A DNA stretch of 63,983 nucleotides, filler included, from Basidioascus undulatus (Eukaryota), in NCBI GenBank assembly GCA_000826855.1. It is 3 parts of 3 records of this genome, joined end to end, with 100 filler letters (N's around TTAATTAATTAA, not from the genome) between each part and the next. Parts side by side here need not be neighbours in the genome. Positions count along the whole stretch, not along the records: positions 1 to 21,778 come from JTLS01000320.1; 2 more parts are not named here. The stretch is one strand, 5' to 3'. Positions 1 to 12,720 of this stretch are shown piece after piece. Each line of letters starts with the position of its first letter. Positions within the stretch are counted from its first letter, which is position 1. Below the pieces are notes generated by a model, which worked only from the letters and a program-made list of their open reading frames with translations, did not search any database and was not told where the DNA came from. Both the position numbers and the translations under genes were made by a program.

Positions 1-672
1 GCCTCGGCGGAGGGCGCGGAGGGGTTGATGGGGAGGGGGAAGGCGGTCAGGGGCGCCGGGGCGGGGGAGAGCGAGCGGGATGGAGAGGCGGCGGGGGCGA
101 GAGAAGGGGAATCAGGAGCCAGAGGAGGAGCGGGAGAGTCGGAACGCGCCCGGTTCTTCTTGCGCTTCTTCTTGTGGGGGGGAGAGGTGGGAGCAGTGTC
201 GGCTGGGGCAGGTGCTACAGGAGCGGGAGCGGGGGGAAGTGGACATGCGGTGGTCGGTTGCTCCTCGGCAGGGGAGTCGTCCTCCCCATCGGCCTCGGCC
301 TCGCTCCCGCTGCTGCTATCGCTCTCATCCCCACTCCCATCCTCCTCACCAGCCTCCTTCTCGTCGCCCTCGCCCTCCTCGCCCTCCTTGGCCTTCCGGA
401 TCCGCTGCCTGCGCTTTTTAGGCGCCGAGGCGAGGACGGCCTTCCTCCGGATCTTCTTGCGCTTCAGGTAGCGCTTCTTCGCTGCGGTCTTAGGCTGTAC
501 GAATGCACCTCCCAAGGAGGCAACTTTGAGCCGAGAGCGGACAGAAGACCGTCAGGCCGAGGGAACGCACCTTGTTGATGCTCGCCGTCTTCGTGGAAAT
601 TGTGGTCGCGGGAGGCGGGACCGCATCCGAGTCGGAGAGCTTGCGCCTCTTTGTCGTGGGTGAATCAGACAT
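1..672 (-). CDS. DBP6: 5' part of a nucleolar DEAD-box RNA helicase, Dbp6-like (runs off the left edge)
   Basis: ATG at 672 gives MSDSPTTKRRKL; an intron follows, then KTAAKKRYLKRKKIRRK, an acidic/Pro-rich linker and LTAFPLPINPSAPS. These resemble N-terminal motifs I recall from basidiomycete Dbp6. The helicase core is outside the window. Confidence 0.5.
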
Positions 673-826
673 GATGCGGTGCGGTTGAGGTACGGAGGAT
701 GAGAATAAGAAGGCAGGTTAAGTCGGATGGAGCAGCGAGGAAGACAAGATTCCGTGGGAATTTCAAACCAAGCGAATTTTGGCCCGTTTCATAAGAGGGG
801 AAATACAAAGTCCAACCCAACAACAA

Positions 827-899
827 GCCTCGCTAGCTCAATCGGTAGAGCGTGAGACTCTTAATCTCAAGGCTGCGGGTTCGACCCCCGCGTGGGGCT
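827..899 (+). tRNA. tRNA-Lys(CTT), intronless
   Basis: Cloverleaf: acceptor GCCTCGC/GTGGGGC, D arm GCTC-AATCGGTA-GAGC, anticodon arm TGAGA-CT-CTT-AA-TCTCA, T arm GCGGG-TTCGACC-CCCGC. Confidence 0.97.
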
Positions 900-1058
900 C
901 TTTCCTTATGTTTTGCATCCATCAACCCGCGCAAGCCAAGTCAGTGCCAGCTTGAGCCTTCTCGGGCAACCCTCCTTTTTATCGAATATACTCTGCCAAC
1001 GTGAATCTCTCCAGCCCATCTATCTAGTCGTCTAACCCATCCCTTCCATCCCGTATCC

Positions 1059-2725
1059 CTAATCCACATCCAGCCCCAAGATCCTCACAGCGTTCGCGCC
1101 CCGAACGCCCTCCCTCTGCTCCTCCGTCCACCTAGCAACATTCCGCACAGCCTCCAAGTTCTCCGTGACGCTCATCCACTTCTGGTCCTTCTCGCCCGCG
1201 ATAGGGGGGAAGACTGGGAGCAGAGGAGACTTTCAGCGGCCGGAAGTGAGGAAGACAGACGGTGAGGAAGACAGATGGGGAAGATGGACAAATCTTACAC
1301 GGATGGTCAGTCCCCCACATAATCCGCTCCGTCCCGTCCGTGTGCGCTTTGCTTTGCGCTCCTGTAGCGTACGACGCGCCGCGGCCAATCACTTTGGAGA
1401 CGAACTCGAGCTCCTCCTGATCGATTCGCAGGCAGGTCAGCTCAGCTTCGAGAAAGCGGGGAGAGAGGGATAAGTGACGGGAAAGAGCAGGAACGCACAG
1501 GCCCGTACGACACCGCGTCCAGGTAGAGGAGCGCGAGGTAGTACCGCGGGTCGTGCTTCAGGCGCGAGGCGACGAGGGGGTCGTGCGCGACGCAGCTTGC
1601 GAGGCGGGAGGAGCTGGTGCATTCAGAAAGAACATGCAGGATGAGTTGTGGGTCTGGGCGAAGGAAAGGGGTGGATGGCACGCACAGCTGCGGCAGCGCC
1701 CCGCCCGAGTGCGCGAGCATGATCTTGAGCGTCGGGTGGCGGTCGAACACGCCGGAGAGGATCAGGCGCGTGATGGCGACTGGGAGAGCAACGATTGAGC
1801 TGGGTTAAGCAGGGATGAAATAAAGGAAGTGACCAATGCCCAACGACGCACTCGTAGTCTCGAACGGGAACCCCAACGCCAGTGGCAGCACATGCCCGTT
1901 CTCCTGTTCACCCCAGGCCTCCGCCGCTCCGCTACCCAATCCATAACTACCCCACCACACCTCCTCTCATCAGCCTCCTCCCCTCCCCATCCCCCTCCCC
2001 CCTCACCCCAGCGCACTCACTGCGGATGCAAAAACACCATCAAGCCCGCCTCTGCGATCTTCTCCCAGACGACATCAAGCGCGGGGTCGTCGAGCCCCTT
2101 GCCAAGCCCGCGCGACCCGAGGATGAGGCCTTTGACTTTGGGCAGGGAAGCCAGGTGCGCGATGGAGGAGAGGAGCGCGGGGATCGGCACGTCTGGCGCG
2201 AGGGGGAGGACACCGAACGCGTAGAGCCGCTTGGGGGGGCCGGAGGAACAGTAGGTTTCGATATCGTCATTCAGCTGTAGGTGGGGGAGTGTGCATGCGT
2301 GGCTGGGGAAACGAGTTAGGAGTGTGAAGAAGACGGGCGCACAGTCTTGGCGGCTGAGACCGCCTCGGAGGGGGAGAGGAAGTGGAGCCACGGGTTGGCC
2401 TGGCCCCCGCCGACCCGTCCTTCAGCGTTTCCTATACCTTCTTTCCTTCCTTCCAGAGCGCCGAACAACCCACCAGCGACACAACAGAAATGTCAATCCC
2501 ATGCCGATCCATGAACCGCAGCTTCTCCTCGCGGCTGTAGTACTCCGGTCCGATCGGGCGGCCCCCCGAGGGCTCGTCATCGAGGATGACGAGGCGGTCG
2601 CCCTTGTCCGGGGTGGAGACGACCTTGGGGACGGACGTGCGCGCGCGGAGGAGAGCCATGTATGATTCGAGGTAGAGGTGCGTGTGCACGTCCACGAGGA
2701 GCTTGCGTGCGCGCGGAAGGGCCAT
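1059..2725 (-). CDS. Amidohydrolase-2 family decarboxylase, uracil-5-carboxylate (isoorotate) decarboxylase-like; multi-exon
   Basis: Spliced motifs VDVHTH, GRPIG, GIDISVVS-LANPWL, FLHPH, GFPFETT, MLAHSGG, SSRL, LYLDAV and WGTDHP; ends ...GANAVRILGLDVD*. Confidence 0.85.
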
Positions 2726-3281
2726 GGTCAGTGTGAGTGGGCGTCAGTCTATGTGAGAGGTGAGGTGGGATCGAAAAGGGAGCAATCGAAGATGCGCTTG
2801 GGGTGGTGGGGTTCAGTCGCGGTGCGCATGCGTATGCCTGCGGAGATTGCGATGGCTTTGGTCCGAGCAGCAGGAGGACGCGTCGAGATAAGGCAAACGA
2901 TCAAACGCGGACCCGCACGCTATCTAGAGGGCCATGACCTGTAGAAAGCGTGTATCGTCGAGCTAGCCGATGAGAAGATTCTCTGGTCCACCCCTCCAGT
3001 GAGGATTGCACGAGAATAAATGGGCGCAAGGAAGGATTCGAGCGCAATAGAGCGTAGAGACGAAATAATTCGAAGAGGTAGAAGACGAAAGATAATGCTC
3101 GAACTTGCCAGCAAGCCCCAGGCACGGATGGAGCGCCAAATAACATAAAGGAACGCCGGCAGATGACGTCGCGAAGCGCTCTGAAAGCTCCCTCCATTCT
3201 CCTGCACCCATCCCCATCTACACGACCGCAGTTTACACCTCACACTTAGCGCGCACGAATAGATAGACATATTACGACATT

Positions 3282-4290
3282 ATGGTTGACTACTGTGAGT
3301 ATCATTCCTTTCCTTGTCGTTGGCGCTGTGGTGGGCGGGGATGGAGCGAGATGGAGGGCAGCGTGTTCTCTCCGTTTCTACGCCCTACCATATCTTTGAG
3401 GTGGCCATAGCGGGACGACACGCTCGAGAGAGGAGATGGAATGGCGAAAAGCCAATGTTGAATGGTTATCGCTTGCCATCCCGGTGTCCTTCGAGCTGTA
3501 CAGTGGGCGACTGCGGCGAGGTCGTCCGACCCCCCCGCAGCGGCGTCTTCCCCTTATGCTGCCGTGGCTCCTCCAACTCCGAGCTCTTTCGTGTTTCGAG
3601 CCGACCCGGACTTTGGGCCCTTCGAAACACCTAGCTGCGAGTACACGTGCTGATATCCTCATCTCCCGCTCAAGACCAAGTTCTCGGTCTCTCCAAAGAC
3701 GCTTCAGAAGAGGACATCAAGAAGGCGTACAAGAAGGTGAGCCTTCACATGTCCATGCTCATTACTTTCAGAATTTAATGCTGAAACATCTTCCCAGGCC
3801 GCACTGAAGTACCACCCTGACCGGTACGTCTTCTCGCATTTTCCAAGCTGAGGTACCCGAACGCTGAACTCTCCCTTGCACCCAACAGTAACAAGGGCTC
3901 TGAAGCCGCTGCAGCCAAGTTCAAGCAAGCCAGCGAGGCATACGAGGTGCTATCAGACAAGAACAAGCGATGTGCGTATCCCCTCTCCCTCCAGCTCCAG
4001 CCATCCTCTGACCCGCTCTCGCACACAGCGATCTATGACCAATTCGGCGAAGAAGGGTTGAAGGGCGGCGTACCCCCAGAAGGCGGCGCGGGCGGCTTCC
4101 CAGGCGGAGGGTTCGGCGGCTTCCCAGGCGGTGGCGCAGGGGGGTTCCCGGGCGGGGGCACCTTCCGCTTCTCGACCACGGGCGGCGGGCCGCGCGGCGG
4201 CGGCTTCGGCGGCGGGTTCACCCCCAGCGACCCGAACGACATCTTTGCGAGCCTGTTTGGGAACCTTGGTGGCGGGGGCGGGCGCGGGCG
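3282..4290 (+). CDS. SIS1: Sis1-type class B J-domain (Hsp40) protein; 3' half missing
   Basis: Exon 1 ATGGTTGACTACT|gtgagt, then YQVLGLSKDASEEDIKKAYKK, AALKYHPDR (HPD), FKQASEAYEVLSDKNKR, AIYDQFGEEGLKGG, a G/F-rich region and FTPSDPNDIFASLFG. No C-terminal substrate-binding domain follows. Confidence 0.9.
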
Positions 4291-6616
4291 CGAAGTTCGC
4301 ATCCCAGAATGTGCGGAGCTCGTCCGTCTGTGGGTGTGTTGCAGATCAGCAGGTGAGATGCGAAGGAGGGAGAAAGGGTGAAGAGAGAGAGACGCACCAG
4401 TTTCCCAGCATCGCGGTCCGCCGCTGTGCCGCTGGTGGCGGCAGTGCTGCTGCTCACGGGCGCCATCGTCCTTCCAAACATGGCCTCCTCGATGATGCGC
4501 TGATAGTGCGCCTCGTCGACTTCCCCATACTGGTCGCGCACCGCAGCGCGGGCGTCGCCGTCCCTGCCGGCCGGGCTGCTGAACGGGTCGGCATGGAAGA
4601 TCAAGCTCGAGATGGATCCGAAGCTCGTCTCCGCCGGCGCGGGGGGACTCGACTGGCGGACGGGCTGCCGCTGGCGGGGCGTAGCGAAGTCGAGTCGGCG
4701 CGACACGACGGCTGCCTCGTACGCCTCGCGGGCGTAGCGGTCCGACTGCTTGCGGAGCTGCTGGCGCGGGGAGAACTCGCGCGGGGGCGAGTATATCGGG
4801 TCCTGGTCCGTGTTCGCGCGCGGGCCGGGCCGGTCCGTCTGCGGGGGGACGAGCATCGGCGGCGCGGCGGGCGCGGAGGGCATGGTGCTCACGCGCGGGC
4901 GGCGGCGCGGCTGCTGGACGGTGGGCGAGCCGGGGGTGTGCAGCGGCGGCGGGACGAGGGGCACGGAGGGCGTCGCGAAGAGCTGGTCGACTGCTGAGAG
5001 GGCGGGTGCGCGCGCGGGGGACTCGGGGAAGGGCGCGGAGAGGAGGCGCGGCGCGCTGGGAGGCGAGGGAGTGGGAGGAGGAGGGGAAGACGCTGGCTCG
5101 GGGGGGAGGGGGTAGTAGTAAGGTGCGGAGGACGCCGGCATCTGGTACTCCGGCACGATGTAGTCCGGTACGGGCCACGGCATGGATACGGGCGCGTACT
5201 CGTACTCGATGTACGGCTGATGCTGCGCGAACGGAGCCCCAAGGCCCGCGCCGTAGTCCATGAGCTCGGGCGAGGGAACCGCCAGCTGCGCCGGAGGGAG
5301 GACCGGTTCGGGCATGCGTACCGGCGGGCGCGGGTTGCGCAAAGGGCCGCCCTTGCGCGTGATGCTGTGCGGCAGCGGATCGGAGACGACACGCTTACCG
5401 CCGCCAGTCCTGGTAGATAAAGAGAGTGAGTCCGACGATGAGCCAAAGGATCAAAGAGGGGGAGGAGGAAGACAGACATGGCTTCGCGCTCGGCGTCCGT
5501 CCAGGTGAGCCAGCCGCCGTTGACCAGGCGCTCCTGGCCGAAGCTGGAGAGCAATCATGGGTCGCGTCGTTCGTTGGTAAAGGGAAGAAGGGAATGGCGG
5601 CTCACTTCCTATACGCATCGCCGCGCAGGTCCTCGTACCGGAAGTCCTCCCGCGCGGGCGGGTAGGCTTCCTCGGGAAGCCCGAAGACGTGCTCGAGGGT
5701 CCCGTCGGCGGAGGCGATGAATGCGTCGATGCCGGAGCTGCGCCTCACGTCGGCGTCAGCAAGCAAGCCAGGTCTCTTAACAGCCCCAGAAAGCGCACGG
5801 GTTACGGCAGTACGGGAGCTTGAGCGGCCCATGCAAGCTCGGGATCGGCCTGGGCGGGTCGGCGTCGAAGGCCTGCTCGACCCTGCGCTGGCGTTCCTCG
5901 GCCTCTCTACGCCCCTTCTCCCACACCTCCTGCAGGGCTATCTCGCCCCTCGCGGCGCTGGCGAGGTCCGCCACGCTCGCGGGGATGCCCTCCGCGGTGG
6001 CGAGGCGGATCATGCCTGTCTTCTTGGGCGGGCGGTAGTACGAGGCGAGCGCGCCGGGCGTGGGCACGGCGGCGGCGGTGATGATGTCCGGCGAGGGGGA
6101 GGGGGACGGCGGAGAGGGGGAGGACGGCGGGGAGAGCGAGAAGAGGAAGGGACCCTCGGGGTGATGTGCCGGAGGAGGGCGCCGGGGGCGCGGGCGGTGT
6201 GGAGTGGGGAAGGGCGTGCGCGAGATCCGGGGAAGGTCAGGGGCGGGGGCGAGGAAGACCATGTCCAGCCAGGAGGGGAAGGGCGAAGGCGAGCGGGTGT
6301 TCAACGCGTCGTCCTCGCCTTCGTCATCGTCGTCGCTGGGAGTCGACGCCCGTCTGGTCGTGCTCGAACAAAGCAGCGCGTTCGTTAGCGCTGCAATATC
6401 CTCCTCAACGATAGGCACCAGCATGCTTCCTCCCGCGCCCCCACTGCCAGCGAGGGCCCCACCAACGGGCGCCGTCTCGGAGCGCGGCGTGCTGGGTCCG
6501 CTCGAATCGGGTGAGATGGACGTGAGCGGGCGCGTCGAACTGGAAGATACCGACTCTCCTGGCGCTGGGGAGGAATCATCGACGGGGCCAGGCGATCCGA
6601 GAATAGAGCCGAGCAT
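4272..6616 (-). CDS. Pro/Ser-rich hypothetical protein, multi-exon; 3' end missing
   Basis: Long GC3-rich ORFs (5777-6718, 4218-5342) joined by GT-AG introns. Contains IPSLHGPLKLPYCRNPSG. The last visible exon (TDELRTFWDANFAPAPAP) runs into the antisense strand of SIS1. Confidence 0.65.
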
Positions 6617-6829
6617 GGCTGGCGAGGAGGGTGGGTGTATGCGAGCGAGCGAGAGAATGGTAGGGGTTCGAAGGCAAGTTGCGAGAATGAGGACGTGAGC
6701 GAGCGACGGAAAAGGCAATCAGCGGAGAGCGAGTCGGTGGCGTCCACACAGTCCGCCTCGTGTGCGGAAGGCGGAGAAATCTCGTCGCCCGGGCCCTGGC
6801 CGTCCTCGGAGCGTTTCAGACCGTGTCCA

Positions 6830-8383
6830 CCCTGGAATAACTTCGAAGGGTGATGAGCGCTGCATAGTGCAGTATTGGATCTGTGTCAGCGCCTGGGCTG
6901 CAGTAGTTTGCGGCATTCGGCGGAGCAGGAAGTGGCAGGCCGATACGTGATCGAGGAAACAGCTATCCATGGCTTTGAAATTACCTGCAATTCTGTCAAC
7001 GTCAGCGGGCACAATGCAGGAATACTGCGAATGCTCGGGATGATACGCTAGAGTAGACTCACCGCATCCTCGTAACCCTTGTGCCCATGGTTCCCTATCT
7101 GAAGCTGCGCTCTGGACACTTCAACAACTGCTCTCTCAGGTCCTGCCTGGAGCGCTCAGCGTGAGCAAGGCGTTGAGGACCAGAATCAAGCGAAGGAGAG
7201 CAGACGAAGTCGTGTTGGCTCCTTGTTTGCTCCTGTTGTTTGCTCTCCTCCGCGGAGAGTCCACGGACAAACCAGTCAACCTCGATAAATTTTGGCACAT
7301 TTATCATACGTCAGTAATGTTTATGGAGAAGGCATTATTAGTTGTATCTATTAGTCCAATAGCGAGCGCAAAGTGCAGGGCTCAGAAGTCATTCCACAGC
7401 TTTCAACTGTCCTCCTGCCCGCTCGTCTGTCAAATACAACTAACCAGTCGGATGGAAAGTAACCCTCAAGAGCTTTGGATACCCGGTTAACATGCGACAG
7501 GAGCTATCACTGCTGTGCGGCTTCGGACCGGATTACCTGCGCTCGCGTGCTGTCGGTTGTGCCACGCGCAGCTTCACCTCTTTCGGATTCAGAGAAGCAC
7601 AACCAGAGGGAAGTTCCAAAAAGCGCATGCTTTTATCTTTTACCTTGGGCCGAAAAGCACGAAAGGAAACAAAAACTTCGGCAGGCAGATCTTGCGGGTG
7701 AGGGCGGCTCTGTACATGCTGCACATGGCATGCCGGTTCGCGAGCTGGCTGGCTGCTGCATCCTCTTGACTCGGTCATACACTCTAAGTTGGTTCACAGA
7801 GCAGGGATAGTGGCGTTGGCTTTCCCTGCATTGGACGCTTCTACGCTACAGCCTGTGCAAGGCCACATGCCCCTCGCCTGCCTTGGGTGACCGTGAGAGA
7901 GAGCATCCACCCAATCCTCGAAATCTGGGTGATAGTACAGTTGCGACCGTGCGCCGCAGAAATCCACACTCACGAGCCCACTGCAAGCGCGGAGGATCGC
8001 CCGGAGGGAGTCGGTGGGGATGATCCCATCGAGAAGGACATTGCAGACGTGCAATCCGAGCTCGGAACGGGTTGTGAGCAGGTCTACGATTGCGGCGCTA
8101 TTTCTGTACGTGTTTGGGGCCTTTGCCCGAATGAGCTCGACGGTCAAGTAGACAAAGGCGTCGGCCAGCGTACGCCCGACTATTCGCAGGGAGAGGCGCT
8201 CGGACTGGGTGAGCAGGAGCTGCGTGTAGGCGAGAATCTCGGTGGAGCTCGACCGGCCGGTAGCGAACGCATGGTCTGCGGGGATGACGAGAATATTAAA
8301 AGATAACGCTCCTTGTGAGACAGTAGCTGGTGGATGACCAGTGTCAAACATACATACCCTATGGAACGGAACAGAGTGGCCAT
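6830..8383 (-). pseudogene. Degenerate F-box-like/LRR orphan gene
   Basis: STEILAYTQLLLTQSERLSLRIVGR is an F-box-like segment in ORF 7794-8351. Intron-like signals continue to ~6830, with in-frame stops. Confidence 0.3.
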
Positions 8384-8755
8384 TGTGATTTGAGGTGGAT
8401 CCGGGCGTTGCGGACGTTGTGGAGCGAGGTCAAGAGCAGTTCGAGCTGGCGGGCGATAAGCTGAACACCTGACTGTAACGTACGAACGAGCAGCCTGCCG
8501 GTTTTGACTATTGCCATCGAAGTTTCCAACGTATCCCATACACGAGGCGGACACGCTATGATGTGGGCTGTTACGGGCCTTCCCGATGGGCTCGGTGAAG
8601 TGCAAAACGCCATGAGAACGAGTGACCGGCTAGAAAGGCACATCACAGACGATCCAACGCCCATCTACAACATTTTCGAATAGCATCATGCACACACTCC
8701 CGCCTGCACGGTCCACATCCATAGCCCCTCAGCCGTTTGCACCGCTCGCCTCCGC

Positions 8756-11307
8756 CTAGTCCTCATCCTTCATCGCCCGCGCCGTGTCCCAGTACCCAGC
8801 CAAGTTCGGACCGAGGAAGTCCTTTGCACTGTGTTCACCATCCATCATCCGCACATCAGCATTCGGCGACCAAAGATCATACAGAGGTTAAGGGGGAAGA
8901 AAGGTCGAACGCACATGCTATCCGTCGGCGCCTGTTTCGGCCTGAACGTCTTGAATGCCCGCTCCCGGATCGGGCCGGCCCAGACGAGCTCGCACTTGTT
9001 ATCCTTCAGGCTCTGGGGCTCTTCCTCCCCCTCCGCGCGCTCCCTCTCCCCGTCCGCCTTCTTCTCCCCGCCTTCCTCGTCCTCGTCGTCCGACGCAGCG
9101 GCCGCCGCGCGGCCCTCGTCCGTCCAGTCGATGCGGACGAGCATGAGGCGCTTGTACGCCTTGACGGACTTGTCCGCGCCCTCGACGTAGACAAGCGAGA
9201 ACTTCGGGTTGAAGATGCAGCACCCCGAAAGGCCATGCTGTTCGGCGTTCTTGCGCACTTTGAACTTGTGCGACGGGTTCGAGAGGTACTTGATCCTGCG
9301 TGTTCCAATCCACGACAAGTCAGCCAGTGCGAGGGCAAGAACAAGGGGAAGAGATGGGACGGAATAGGAATGAAAAAGCAAACGCACTTGAACACCGCGC
9401 CCTGCGGCCCCGCGACCTTCTCGTTCTCCGCGCGCTTCGCGTCCATCTTTTCGTGGCGCTCTTCCTTGGTGAGCTTGCGCTCCTCGTTCGTCTGCTCGTG
9501 CCCGAGCTTGCGCTGGTGCATCTCGCGCCGCACGCGCGCCTCGATCTTGGTCGGGTCTTGCACGGCGTCTGACGTCAGGACGCGCATGAGGTTCGAGAGT
9601 TTCACTGTGGGCGGGAAGACGACCGGCGGTCAGTCCTCAAGTCCCCAAAAGGGAAGCCAGAGAGGGAAGGTGAAGGATAATAGGCGGAACGCACCCTTCG
9701 GCGGATCCGGCGGGATCAAGCCCATCCGCACGCGGTCCTGCCGGTCCTGGAGCTCCGCCATCCGCCGCTGCTTGCGCATCTTCTTCATCTCCTTCTTGGT
9801 GAGCTTGAGGTCCTGCGGCGCCGTCTTGTTCTTGTCCCACGGCGCGGGGATCGGGATCGGGTGCTGCACGTAGAGCGTGATGAGGCTGTCGGGCGTGCGG
9901 ATCTTGGTCTCGGACGCGAAGGCGGGGTCGGAGGGCGCGGAGGTGGAGGGGTAGGAGGCGTTGACGAGGAGCGGAGCGTCCCACCACTCGACGTCGGGAG
10001 GGGGCTCGCGCTGTGGGAGGAAAGACGGAGCAAGGTTAGGAGTAGGCTGAGGAGGAAGGGAGAGGAAAGAAAACGAACCCGGACGGCTTTCTCGGAGACT
10101 TCAAACTCCGCCTCGATACCGGCCTTCTTGGCACTCTCCATAATCCGCTGCTTGAGCTCTTCAAGCTTGGCCTAGATCCCCACGCCCAACGCATTAGTCC
10201 CTCCATCCTGCCCTCGGCCAACCCATGCCATCCCGGAATGGAAGGAAGAACGCACCTCCTTGCGCTTCTGCTCTGCGATCGCGGTGTACTTGCCCGGCTG
10301 GACGAACTTGAGCTGCTTGCGCCCGCGCTCCTTGGGCATCTCGGCGCCCTCGAGCGCAGCCTCGTCGAGGGTCGGGTCGACGTAGGGGTTGTGCTTGGAC
10401 TTGGTGGCCGCGCCGGCGGAGGGCGTCGCAGCGCGGGCATTGGCCTGTTCATCCATTACGAGACTCAGTACGCCGCCGTCAAGCAAACGTGGGGAAGAAA
10501 GAGCGAAGCAGAGAAAGAATGCACACCTTGATGGACGTGAATTTCGGCTGCATCGGCTTGTACTTCTCCTTGCCCTTCCCCGCGCCTGTCGGGGTGGACG
10601 CGCCCGAGCTTGACGGCGAGGTGAGGTCCGCAAGGAGCGGGTGAGCAGCCATGTTGAGGCCGCTGCCCTTTGGGCCGGTGGGCGCCTTCTTGGACTGCTG
10701 CGCGGCCTGTCCATCCCACCATCCACACCTATGAGCACCAGGGCCCGCACAGAGACTCAAAGAAGGAGAAGAGACGTACGAGGTACGGGTTCACGGGCAG
10801 ACTCTGCTCCTTGCCTTTCTTCACCAGCCGCTGGATCTCCGCGATCTTCTTCTGCACGTCCGTCACGCTCGGCCCAGCGGGGATCTGGAGCGGCGGGACC
10901 GCCGGCTTCGGCGGTGCGGCAGCAGCAGCAGGAGCGGCTGGAGTAGCGGGTCCAGCCGTCGGACTCTCGCCAGCGCGCTGCCCGCGGGACGCCGTGAGCT
11001 GGGCGGCGCGCGCTTTGGCAGCTGCAATCTGGGCGGCGATCTTGTCCGCCGTGGGCGGGCCGCCCGAGGGCGGGGGGATAAACGAGGGTGCGCTCTGCGA
11101 AAAACATTCCGTTAGCTCCGGTTCAGGCGGCGGCGGACTATCGGTCGGTGGGCGCACGCTTTGTCTGTAAGGGGGGCAGAAGGGGGATGGTCAGCTCCCA
11201 AACGGCCGGGTAGGAGGGACGAGAGAAGCATACCCTCTTGGACGCTTCTGCCCGGCGCTGCCCTCGTCCTCCCCCAGGACGTTGTGCGGTCGCTTGCGGT
11301 CAGACAT
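8756..11307 (-). CDS. PRP3: U4/U6 snRNP splicing factor Prp3
   Basis: Motifs KFVQPGKY, DVEWWDAPLL, VQHPIPIPAPWD, LKLTKKEMKKMRKQRR, MGLIPPDPPKVKLSNLMRVL, VQDPTKIE, LSNPSHKFKVRKNAEQHGLSG, YKRLMLVRIDW and NKCELVWAG. Confidence 0.96.
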
Positions 11308-11697
11308 CGCGAGCGCAGGTAAAGATGGAAGCAAGGCAAGAGAGTGTGGCGGTCGAGCGCCGAGTTGGGAGCACATCGTTGACAGGAGCCGTGAGGCGCT
11401 TACGTAATGACAGTCGCTTGCATTCGCAGTTTCAGACAGTCCGGTAGGTCAACTCCAAGCCTTTATGAAAAGCATGCGGTATACATCCATAATCCTCAAC
11501 TGAAGAAGTTAGTGGAACCCGGGCTGTTGTTCTGACTCGGCGCCGGTTTGTGCACCCACTCCCGACATCGCACTGCAACTTCAACGCCGCCAGCCCCGCC
11601 AACAGGGTGCTCATCAAAGACGTCTTCATTATAAAACCACAGTGTCCCACAGTGCAAGAAACCCAGCCAGTAAGGTCCATCATCGTCAACAACGTAT

Positions 11698-12720
11698 TCA
11701 CCACAGCTCGCCGCCCCTCCAGAACGGCAGCTTGTTCCCGCTCTTCTGGCGCTTCTCGAGCTCGTAATAGAGTGTCCTGGCACAGCGAAGGTCTTCAGCA
11801 AGGTTCTTTTCAGGCCGTCCGAAGGCAAAGATGAGGTAACGTACCCGTCGTACTGCTGCCGTACTGTCTCCTTCTCCAACACGCCCGTTTGCGGATCGGC
11901 GGCGAGGAGGTAGAGATATCTGGAGAACGATACGCCGTGAACTGCTTGCCCGGGTAATCAAAGACTTGAACCTACATACGTCCACAGGAAAACTTGGAAA
12001 ACCTGTTGTGAGCGGAGTGTCAGCGAAAGTACTCGCCGGTTTGAAGTCCTCATCCACCAACGCACCCAGCCGATAGGATCGAGCACGTTCCTGTTGCCGG
12101 CCCACATGTCGAAGATCTGTTTGAAAAACACCGTTCAGGGCTATGATATTCATGAGAGATACGACAGCTCACCTCGCGGAATGTCAGACCGCCCTTCTTA
12201 TCCCTGCACCGACCGACACGCTCAGCCTCCTGGTCGCCCAAGGAAAAAACACCAGCACTCGCCGATCATATTTCTCAAAGTTCCGCTCAAACCTCCTCTC
12301 GTCGAATCTCCCCTCCGTATCGTAGCTTTCCGTATCGCTACCACCCACCTTTATCTCTTCATTTCCTCTCCCCCCTTCCTTCCACACCGCTTAACCACAT
12401 ACCTCCCATGTTTCGCCCTCCCAATCCTCCGTACCACGACCGGAAACCTCAAATCCGGGATCCAGCTCTCCTGCGTGGGGTACGACACGTGGAGGAGGTG
12501 GAACGCGAGCGCGGAGACGAGCGAGAGGAGGATGTTGAACCCCAGCGCGCGGAAGCCGGCGTACGTGTCGGAAGGGTAGAAGACGCCGCAATTGCGCCGG
12601 TCGAAAAAGGAGACGTGGTGCTGGAGTGCTGGGTCCTGGAGGATTGGGGAGGTGAGAGTGCGGTGAGGGGAGGAGGGGAGGGAGGAGAAGTACAGTCGGA
12701 CCGTCTTTCACCGTGTGCAT
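11698..12720 (-). CDS. Caleosin / peroxygenase
   Basis: Spliced: ALQHHVSFFDR..GVFYPSDTYAGFRALGFN, proline knot SYPTQESWIPDLRFP, AKHGSDTESYDTEGRF, FEKYD, GNRNVLDPIGW, LEKETVRQQYDGTLYYELE. Confidence 0.9.

Noticed and set aside
2974..3105. Heat-shock elements upstream of SIS1
   Set aside because: Only a two-unit GAAnnTTC and scattered GAA triplets are present; there is no correctly phased three-unit HSE.
8737..9873. Long antisense ORFs (also 4131-4997, 14547-15362, 41098-42279)
   Set aside because: These are shadows of GC3-rich coding exons on the opposite strand.
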